From assembly GCA_000320545.1 (NCBI GenBank), contig ADNK01001797.1:1-64000 (forward strand): a stretch of 64,000 nucleotides of DNA, written 5' to 3'. This document shows, one piece after another, positions 53,661 through 64,000 of the stretch; position 1 is the first letter of the stretch; each line of letters opens with the position of its first letter. Under the pieces are notes generated by a model that did not search any database, was not told the DNA's origin, and worked only from the letters and a program-made list of their open reading frames with translations. Made by a program: the position numbers and the translations under genes. Source of the stretch: Bigelowiella natans CCMP2755. Its lineage: Eukaryota > Protista > Cercozoa.

Positions 53661-54051
53661 CACTTCACATCAGGCCAATAAAATTCCACAGGGCCCGTCA
53701 GAGCACCATAAAGCTGCCATTCGACAAGTTCATAGCTGTCAACGGGAAACAACAGATTGATCTAGCCATCGCTGCATCCGAGAAGAAAAAAAAGAAAATT
53801 AAGAATAAGGTATTTTTGATAATTTTATCAACATTGTCGTCAAACAAGCACCACACGCTTTCATTGCATATGAGATAGATATACGACATTCATATTAAGG
53901 AGAAGAAACAATCCGGGGGAGTAGAGTGTGATGAAGAAGACGAGGATGATGGATTCATACGCCCCACGAAATGGCTATTCAAACCGAAAAAGTAAACGCA
54001 TAACTACATTTCTTTTAAGCGCATGTCAGCATCACAAACACATACACACAT

Positions 54052-54143
<92 letters not shown>

Positions 54144-55082
54144 TATTAATATTTCATATGTATTGGAACAGAATCTTGTTGCTATTTTCCGACACGAAGA
54201 TGCTGTGCGGAAGGGTAGGGAGCGGCCTGCGGAATCTAGGTAATAACAACAGCATATGATGCCATACATACAACAAACAACACACGAGGGGTAGCAACGA
54301 CTCCGAAAAAACAAAGAAGATGGTGTCAAGATGATACAGAAAATACTAGTTTGCAGGGACCACTCACAGCTAAAAGAAATAAACGTTTCATCTTTGTTCT
54401 ACTTTATGATTTAATGTTGCGTCGCTTTGTCGTTATTACCGTCGTCATCGTTGTTCTACCTGTTCTACTTCGCCTCCTTCAGGAAACACGTGCTATTTGA
54501 ACTCCATACTGCAAGCCCTCATGTAAGAATAATACTACTACTATTAATAATAATAAGTAATATCTCTCTTCCTTGATCCAGGAGTAGTGCTTATCTGCGA
54601 ACGACATCGATGCATGCAATTAACCCGACGATGCACATATCGATTTGCAAGCAGCAGCAGCATGGTGGTTGTTGTTATAACGACGACCGCCAGTATTCAC
54701 GCATTATGATGGAGTGCTGTTGGTTGTGTATTATGCTACTTTTTCAACCTTCTTCTTCTTCTTCTTCTTCAGTTACACGCAGCCTCTGGTAAACTACACT
54801 TCCATTGCGTTCTCATCCCCATCCGCATCGTCTGGAAAAGGTATTATCACTTCGACTGCTTCTAGTGCTAGAGATGGGGGGTATAATCGGTAGTTTATAA
54901 ATAGTCATTCATTCATTCATTCGTCAGGGCGATTTGACATACTGCGACAGCTGCACCTGCTGAAGCGACACACGGTAGAGAGAAAACTGATGACATAATA
55001 ATACTTCTTTGCTTTCACCTACTTTCATTGATTAGCAGCTTTGTCTTAATTGCTCTCATCGTCCTTTTTTTAGTCTCATCAT

Positions 55083-55118
<36 letters not shown>

Positions 55119-55423
55119 ATGATGATGATGATGATTATGATCGGCAAAAAAGGTAAAGAACGGGCCGAAAAGGGCTTGCACTCCAGGGAAAATAGTTTGT
55201 CATTTGCAAACACTCAATCGTCGGTTTCGAGTAGGCCGACAGCAAGATGCTCACGAGCTGCTCAGATATCTCATGGAAGATCTTCAGAATATGGATTTGA
55301 AGAGAGTACGAGCCTCCTCCTCTCCTCCTTCTCCTCCTACTTCTCTCCCTCAGCAAACACCACTCCCACACAAATGTATCGCACAGCAACAACAGAGTGT
55401 TGGTACGCACAATCATATATTTG

Positions 55424-55457
<34 letters not shown>

Positions 55458-56226
55458 TAGAAATGCCATGCCACATCTTTGTTGAAGTCGTTGTCGTTGT
55501 CGTTTTCTGGTGTTTTTCCTTGTCGTCGTTGCTTGTTTCCGTCCTCCTTCTTTCCTCCAACTCACAGACAGGGGTGGATAGGAATAGGCTGGGGCATGCG
55601 GAGAAGCACACGACAGCAATACATCAGATATTTGGAGGCTATCTTGCTTCTCAAGTTAAATGCCATGTGTAAGTCATTAATTTAGAGTACAATGATCTTT
55701 TACGAAAACACCTCTTATCTACAACTGCTTCTTCTTCTTCTTCTTCTTCTTCTTCTTCTTCTTTGCATGTGTGTCGTTGAGTTTAGGTGTGGGCATATAT
55801 CAAACACCTTCGATGCGTTTCTTGATATCAGCTTGCAGCTCACACAGGCATCCTCGGTAGTGGTAGTAGGTACAAGTAGTAGTAGTAGTAGTTACTCGCT
55901 GCATCACCGACCTCCGCAAACATGATCAAACATTGTTGTTCAGCAGTCACATATGCATGATAACAATGCTATTAACAACATCTCCCCGCCCCCCCCCCTG
56001 TTTCTCACAGATTGTGAAGGCCCTTCGCAATTTCACGAGAGCGGAGGTGTTGGATGGAGGCAATGTTTACAAGTGCTCTAGGTGCAAGAAGAACGTGGCG
56101 GCGTCCAAGCAATTCCGGATATATCGGCCTCCAGGGGTGCTATGCCTTCATCTTAAGCGGTAGCAACAAAGAAGATGATACGATGAGTGAGCATCGAAGC
56201 ACGTCTGTAGTCTTTGGTATAAATAC

Positions 56227-56258
<32 letters not shown>

Positions 56259-56516
56259 AATGATAACATTTTCAATCGGTACACTTGTCCTTAAATTTAC
56301 CTCCCCTCCTAATCCTATTATTGGGATTGCTACTGGTGCTGTGACCACCTACTACTTGATATTCTCTACCAGCTTTCGATTCACTGCCTTTGGCCATCAA
56401 GCGAAGATAAACAAGCATGTCAGGTTCCCAGCGAATGGTCTCTCTCTACAGCCTTACATGTACCACGGTATGATGACTATCATCACCATAATAATGATGA
56501 GGAAGTGGAAGAGGAA

Positions 56517-56576
<60 letters not shown>

Positions 56577-56582
56577 ATATAT

Positions 56583-56625
<43 letters not shown>

Positions 56626-56803
56626 GCATGCGCAACACGTACGTGTGCATGTAGGCATATCACAACCACGTATTTAGGGAAAATATCTCCAAAGTATAGT
56701 CTTACTGCGATGATTGTGCACCACGGAGCATCTGCACACGTCGGCCATTACACCGCATTTGTGAAAGACCTCGACTGGAGTCTGGTGTGGGCCATGATGA
56801 TAG

Positions 56804-56837
<34 letters not shown>

Positions 56838-57290
56838 AACGTGAAGCACAAAGGGCGCAGATATGCAAGCATATGCGTCGTTCTCTACAAACACCTCCCA
56901 CAAATAATCTCCCTCGTTTGCTGGTGCGGGAAGTATAGATGATTATCATATATCTTCTTCTTCTTCAGCATCTGTCATCATCATCAGCATCATGAATAGT
57001 TTTCATCAGAGTAGTAGCAGCAGCAGCAGTAGTAGTACGTTTATGATGAAGATGCTGATGACGATGATATTGTTCCTATAAAAATAATGATTTAATAGTA
57101 TTAATATTAATAATCATACTCAGGTATTTGATGGATGATTCATGCGTAACACGGGTAAGTGGCACCACTATGTGATATCACAAAAACATCGACGACTCGC
57201 AGAGCATATAACCCTCCTTTGCCGGTTTGTTCAATCGTTTGGTGTGTTGCATTGTTTCGCATTTCTTATTGTCGTTTCTTATCATCACGC

Positions 57291-57321
<31 letters not shown>

Positions 57322-57899
57322 AGGTATCAGAAGCTACTGTCTTGAAGCAAGACGCATATATGCTGATCTACACCAAAGTGCCTGCTCTAGCAGCATCAGC
57401 AGCGCCCTCTTCGTTGTCATCGTTATCTCCACCTTTATCAGCCAAGAAGCACCGGCAAGGTATGCTCATATGCACAAGTATGTGCTCTAAAGAGCAAACA
57501 AAAAATAAAGATGTCATTTTTGCCGCCACTCCGCTCCGTTCTTCTTCTTATTATTATTATTGGTTACTATTATTATCATTCGTCTTCTTCTTCTACAGCT
57601 GCTACTACTTTAACGGGCAAAATATATACGTTACTGTTTGTGCGCCATCGTTGATGCAGTATGTATATATTGATACGACTGATGCAGGCCTACAAGCAGC
57701 AATCCAAGAGGACGGCAATAGGCAGATCAAGAACAACAACAACAACAACAACAACAAAGCGGAGGAGCTTAAATCGCAGCAGCAGTATCAAATAGGAAAT
57801 CCCAACAAGTATTTAATCTTTTACTAATATCACTAGCCTCATCCCAGTAGAAGAAGATGATGAAGATAACGGTGATGATGAGTGGGAAATCTCCTCTCT

Positions 57900-57937
<38 letters not shown>

Positions 57938-58552
57938 ATTTGTTTCTAGGCAACGACAGCAGCAGAAACAGCAGCAGCAGCAGCAGCGTGACATGGGGTT
58001 CGCCATATCTCGTGAAAAGGTGCACCAAATGCTAAAGAACTTCAAAAAGTCGAGAGATGAGCAAAAGACCAAGACAACGAAGAAAAAGAAGAAGAAGAAG
58101 AAAAGGAAGAGGGAAAGTCATATAAATGGCCTTCAAAACAACCTCCACACAGCACATACAGATGACTACGAAAAGGGTTATTTGAACGACAACGCAAACA
58201 TCGAAGGAGGAGCAGCTGAGGAAGAAAGAAAGAAGAAAAATACGAGCAACAACAACAACAACAACAACAACAACAAGAAGAAGAAAAGCAGCAGCGACGT
58301 GGAGAAAACTATTCGTACGCCGCTCTCAAATCAAGAGAATGGGGTCACGAGAAGAATACGGCGACCTCTATCCGCACCACCACCAAACTCTAAGACAGCT
58401 AGTCGAGCAGCGGTACTAGAAGATCTTATCGTGTTGATCATGGAGGTGGATGAGTGAACATGAAGTTCTAATTTTAAATAATAGACTATGATCATAAATA
58501 CTAGAGAGGTGTTGGTTTTTGTCATCGATACTACAGATATAATACAGCATGT

Positions 58553-58587
<35 letters not shown>

Positions 58588-60448
58588 AAACAATATCTTC
58601 CTCTACTTTTGGGCCGCCAACAAAGCAGGTTCAACCCGCTTCCTCCATCTCGCTCTCCTCCTCCCCTTTGATGATGATGAAGAAGAAGAAGAAGAAAAAA
58701 AAAAAGAATGGCGACAAATCATCACCACCATCTGCGACCAAATCTTCGTCGTCATCAAGGAAGAGAAGCCGCTCCTCTCTCACTCCAAGTGGCCCTAAGG
58801 CAAGCCGACTTAGGCAAATTTACGCCAATGTTTGCCCGAGGTAATAACATGAAAGGGTCTTTTTTATGGAATCAATCGATTATGGGTGATAATGAGATGG
58901 ATTCTGATGATGATGATGATGATGATGATGAAGGTGAAGCAAATGTGAAGTAGTGGTACTAGCAGCAGTATTTCTCGTTGCAGCAGCGCTTGATAATTAG
59001 ATGATTACTACAATCACGAGGCGTATCTCTTACTTGCTATTTTTCCCTCAGATTCACAAACCGCATTTCAAGCACAAGGATGCGTCGTTCGCCATCTTCT
59101 TCTTCCTATTCTTCTCCTTCATCACGGCTGCAGCAGAAGCAACAAGAACTAACAGATCCAGAGTTTAACTCTTCTTCCGTAGTTTCTCCTCTTTCTCATC
59201 TGAGAAGGGTGAGAGATAAGGATGATGACGGCGATTACAAGAAGACTAAGCCGACTCTTACTTCTTCAGTCGTTTCTACTCCGAATAATGGGCAACGGGG
59301 GAAATCGTTATTCTCCCCATCATCATCATCATCATCACCACCAGCACGGGCACCAGCAGTAGGTGGTGGTGGTGCTGATAATACGACGATGATGACGGTG
59401 GAAAAGGTACTGTGCAAGCGTAACTTCCGATGCTTCTAAAGATTAGTATTTGCACAATATGTAATATCCTCTTGATGCTGGACGATGTGTTCTAATACGG
59501 GAGGGGGGGGGGGGGAGGGGGAGGAAGGGAAGCTCAGAGAATCGACAAATCCAGCACTAGCAGGCAGTATTAGCAAGATAATGTGTCATTAGATTGGTGG
59601 TGATACTTCTCCTGGGTGCTTCTTCTTCTTTCTTTTTCTCCTTCTCTAGGTATTGTTTAAGAACAGAGGGCAGCGGCAACAAACAGCGGGTGTCAATGGT
59701 GGTACGTAGGAACGAGAGAGGGGGGGGGGGAGGGGGGGGGTTCATGAAGGGATACTGTATGTCATTGCAAACCTCTTTGTAAATGTATGTTTGAGTGTGT
59801 GGATTGGTTGATACTTCGTGTAGAGTTTGTTTCGAAATCTTCTTCTTATTCACCATCTTCTTTTCCCTCTTCTGTATGAAATATTCATCGTTACTATCAT
59901 GTGTGGATGATTTCAGTTGGCCATTGGGACTCCGCCTCAGCGAAGAGGGCAAAGAAACGACAAAAGGTGAGTAGAATAAGGGATGATGGTGATGGTGGTG
60001 GTGGTGGTGGTGGTGATGATGATGATGATAGAGCTGCGAGTGTGCATATTGAAGACATATAGAAGACTGTGGTATCTCTGCGGACAATCGAGTTTATTAA
60101 ACTAGATGTGAGTGAATTAAGAGGCGCATCATCAAGTTGATATCACTCCTACTGTATCGTAGAGAATATCATCCCGCAGTTTCTCAACGTCACCAGTGGC
60201 AAAGAGAAAGGACTCTTGGGACGCCGAATTAGATGCGTAATGTGTCATCAAAATCATAAAAAAAAAAAAAAAATCGTACATATTAGAGCTTGTTTGGCAC
60301 GTTTTTGATAGATAACCTTCGTAGTATAAAGAGCTGATTATAAACAATCATTAGGGGCAGGATACCGAAAATTAAACAAAAATTTAAGCGCTTTAACAGT
60401 AAAAGCAATCCATTTACGGCGGCGTACCAGCAGCAGCAGCAGAGATAG
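53364..60448 (+). CDS. USP36: Ubiquitin-specific protease, USP36/USP42 (plant UBP23)-like
   Basis: [18 protein letters not shown]|PIKFHRAR (cf. UBP23 RIEFHPAR); Cys box GSGLRNLG|[10 protein letters not shown]; [12 protein letters not shown]; [14 protein letters not shown]; FLDISL; YKCSRCKK...ASKQF; His box [18 protein letters not shown]; WYLMDD; [11 protein letters not shown]; C-terminal SWDAELDA|GRIPKIK...SNPF...* (TAG 60446-60448). Confidence 0.92.
54036..54141. repeat. (AC)n(AT)n microsatellite in a USP intron
   Basis: Directly visible. Confidence 0.95.
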
Positions 60449-60660
60449 CAGCTCCATACAGTCATCGTATTGGTTAGATAATATTGCGTTATTGCCAGCA
60501 ACCTGCAAAAAAAATAATGTAGTAGCACTTCTGAACGTTAGAACGAAGTCGCCATTTCTCTAAAAGTCGTTTTAATTGATGAAGTATGCTTTGTGTCATT
60601 TGCTGCGATTATTGTGCTGCAGTGGTAATCGCAAGACCTAGAAGGGATGGTCACGTTCTT

Positions 60661-61380
60661 GCACACGCCATTCTGCGTCGCGGAGCTAGCAGCGCCCTTG
60701 CGAGCACAAGCGAAGCAGAACAAACAGCATCATTGCACGTGCACGTACATAGCATTCTAGCATCGCATGTTGTGAGCTAGCTTGCTTGCATTGGTACACG
60801 TAGCAGCACAAGCACATGCACAATCGATGCACGAAAGCTGAAAACCACGGCATGTCTCATTCAGTGATGCATCATGATGCACATTGTCTCATGACAATGT
60901 CTTGTGACTAGCCACATCTCATGGCCTAGTGCCCATGATGGTGCGATCTAGCGATGCCGCCGCGTATGGCTGCATGCAACGTATCGTACGTCAAGTGCGT
61001 GACAACCGAAATTCAGATGATGACTGCCAGACTACGCACGTTGCTGATGATCTAGCAAACTTGGCATGACTAGATCTAGAGATGAGGAGTTGCATGCGCG
61101 ATGTTTCAGTCTCTGCTGCGCTGGCTAGCTGGGGCACATGTTGCAAGTCCTGCAATGACAGACATCGCCACCAATCACCAATGCATGAATGGATGCGATC
61201 GCATCGTTGTCACAACGTCACAGATCATTGACTTCGAAGATCTGGATGAACGACGTGCGCCATTCTAGCTGACACTATTTTCAAATCTCAAAATGTGATG
61301 CACATTGTTTTTCACATGTGAAAATTAAACGATGAACTTGCTCATAAACGCCTGCGAACGCTAGAGCTGCACGTGCAACG
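60661..61380. other. TpA-depleted, CTAG-enriched convergent spacer
   Basis: Hand count: 23 TA in 720 bp, of which 12 are in CTAG. Confidence 0.75.
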
Positions 61381-61485
61381 ACCGAAGTGTTCAATGCATG
61401 GCACACCTACAGACATGCGGAAAATACAACTTCTCCTCTCTCTCGGATACATGCTCCAGCTAAAACAGGTAGATTTTTTGGCACA

Positions 61486-63073
61486 TCAGTTCTTATTCAC
61501 CCTCGTGGCAAACAGCACATCGAAGGGATCGAAGCTTTCCTCCCCTGTTCCATTTCCATTGTTGCTATTTGTATTGCTACCAGGAAAACCACCATTTCCT
61601 CCGTCATTGTTTCTGGAAGTATTAGCGGGCATGGTGATGCTCGCAGCTGTACTAGTCTCTACCCTATTGTTACCCGTCATATTCCTCCCGTTTGTGCTGA
61701 TACTACTACCTCCAAGGCCACCACGGCTGCTGCTACTTTGCTGTTGATCAGCAGGAGTCGAGAAGATGCCGAAGAGGTCTGGCATTGCTTGAGTAGCTGC
61801 TGCACCAGTTGTACTAGTCCCTCTACTGTTACAGGTGCTAGTGCTACCGCGAGATGAAGTGGGATTCGGTATAATGTCTTTTGTATCCGTCCTCCTGTGC
61901 GGCTGTTTTCTTCCCTTTCTATTATCGCTAGTTGTATCGATCGATGTCGTTACGCTTTTGCCCACTGTCATCCCCCCACTAGGATTAGATTGCAAGAATG
62001 GATTCTCGCTGAGATCGATCCCTAGAAACGGATTCAGCCCTGGTTGCTGCTGCAGCTGCTTTTGCTGTTGCTTGGATGATAAGGAAGATGAGGACGACGA
62101 TGATGACGTGGTGGACTCATGCCGGTGTTGGCGTTGATGCTTAAAATCTGAAATCGTTCCCGGCATGACCCTCTTATTTGGGAGGACCTTCTTTCCTACT
62201 TGTTGTTGCCTCTGTTGCGCTTGGTGCTGCACCCGTCGAGTGCCTGCCTTGCTACTTTCATTCCCCGCGGAAGTGTTGGCGGCTAATGGTGCTTGAAAGG
62301 AGGAAGAGGACGAGGAGGGGGAGGACGGGCCGAAAGGGTCAAAGGCTCTATCGAACGAGCTCATTTTCAAAATTTGGGGTGGTTGCGGCGGTGGGTTCTT
62401 CCTCCTCGCAGGATCTGGACGGCGATTGGCTGGCACAGCGGGGGGGGGGGCTGAAGAAGTGACTACAACAGGGGGGTACTTTTTGCTCTCCAAAGGCTCT
62501 AGTCGACTGTGGATGACTGCGAAGGGCGGTATGATCAAGCCTTTTCCATCAATTAACGTTTGCGTGCGGATGTTGCTTATCGATTGCTCTTTCAAGGGAT
62601 AGATTACACGACCGCCTCCCCTTCCCTGTTGTATCCCTTTCCTTTCGCCGCCTCTCGCTGCGGTCACCCCGCCTCCCTCGGCTTTAGGGGCTGACTTGAG
62701 GAGCCATGGGTCGATGGGGGGTGCCATGTAAATCTTGGATGCATCCTCCACGAAACGGTATCGGCGAAGTCTCTTGATGGAGAAGACATTGGAGGAGTAC
62801 CTATAAGCACGTTCGGCAAGCTCTCTTACTAGCCCTTGATATGTCTGGTTCGAATGACGGTACGAGCTCTTCAGCTCTTGTAGCAGCTCATGCTGCTCCA
62901 TTGCGTGGAATAGAATGATATCACCTGTTTGATGGTGACGTGTCAGTCTTAATTACAGTGTGCATCCATTTTCCAATGGTCGGTCTCCGGACCCCCCTCT
63001 CCCTTTTCCATCTCGGATTAGGCAACTGATTTGGAAGAGTAATCTTCTTTCCCTCTCCCCGACCCCAAATGTT

Positions 63074-63139
<66 letters not shown>

Positions 63140-64000
63140 AACTATGTAAAATAGATATAAAGGCGATGCTTTCGCCTCCTACAAGAAATGGAACATTGCA
63201 TTGATAATCTTCTCTAGGCCCTCCTCCTCTAACAGCAAACACTACTAATATCTTAGATACCCCCGAACGCAAGGAGGTGTAGCAAGATCTCCAATGCACG
63301 CGTAGCATGCCGCCAGCTGTGTCTTTTGCAGTCGCGCAGACGCTCGAAGATCACGTCGGCAATGATCTTTGCACCAACCGAGTGTGCGCTGCCCATCGAT
63401 AGCTCTCGCAGCATCTCGCCATCTTTGCGCTTCCCTGCCATCGAATCAAGCACCACCACCACCACCACCATCACTTAGTAGTAGCCGTAATGACGACAAG
63501 AGCGAACGACGAGCTTTCTCAATCGAGGTTCATATCGACCCGAATCCACAGCATAACGACAGAGACATTCGTTGTGGGTTGTGGTGGAGAATCCTACTAT
63601 TATTCGCATCTGCGTCTCTAGCCGCTTGCCTACCTTCAGGGTTGTTGCTGGTAAACTCCATGGCAGTCTCATACAGGTCGGGCATGTGCGTCACCTTAAT
63701 AATGGATGATCAGTGATGATGACGATGCTGCTGCTGCTGCTGATGATGATGATAATGATGACGACGATGGTGATGATGATGGTGGCCGACGTTGGTAATG
63801 ACTGGAAATAGACTGTGTCGTCATGAGTGGCGTCGTTTGTTCAAAATATACAACCGTGCTCCTTACCGACTGCAGCTGCTGTTTTTCGAGGAGAAATCCC
63901 GGCGGTGGGAACCCACGTCTCCTGAGCTCAGTGATCCTAGTGATTGTAACAACAGTAGAAGCCGACGATTACTCTCAGTACCAGCACCAGCATCACCAAA
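61486..64000 (-). CDS. Epsin-like ENTH-domain clathrin adaptor (5' end probably at or beyond the window edge)
   Basis: ETAMEFTSNNPEG, EMLRELSMGSAHSVGAKIIADVIFERLRDCKRHSWRHATRALEILLHLLAFG (ENTH helices, cf. WRHVYKALxLLEYL). The disordered tail has NPF (GLNPFL, ENPFL) and DPF (AFDPFG, SFDPFD) motifs. ORF 61486-62901. Confidence 0.85.

Noticed and set aside
1-64000. CRISPR arrays, rRNA/tRNA genes, intact transposase/RT, alternative genetic code
   Set aside because: No repeat-spacer arrays, cloverleafs, rRNA motifs or DDE/RT motifs were recognised; all three stop codons terminate well-supported genes.

Overview
Eukaryotic nuclear DNA from an intron-rich, flagellated protist (GT-AG introns; TAA, TAG and TGA all used as stops; introns and many exons filled with microsatellites). 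A SAR protist such as a chlorarachniophyte is a guess only. About 11-12 genes, mostly alternating head-to-head and tail-to-tail: the 3' end of an unknown gene (+), sphingolipid delta-4 desaturase-like (-), ACP6-like histidine acid phosphatase (+), LRRC57-like (-), an unknown/METTL20-21-type methyltransferase region (+), CEP164 (-), an N-acylated MGCC protein (-), a D/D-like + EF-hand protein (+), a ~17 kb Calx-beta/voltage-sensor-like membrane protein gene with no visible cyclase domain (-), a USP36/42-like deubiquitinase (+) and an epsin-like ENTH protein (-). No rRNA, tRNA, CRISPR or intact transposase was seen. The strongest unexplained signal is non-coding: spacers downstream of gene 3' ends have lost TpA except in CTAG (29132-30813 has only 3 TA in ~1.7 kb, all in CTAG; 34441-34860 and 60661-61380 are partial cases). 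This looks like a context-specific TA->TG/CA hypermutation, a reverse-RIP-like process, or a localised base modification miscalled by the sequencer. Exon boundaries were assembled by hand and are approximate.
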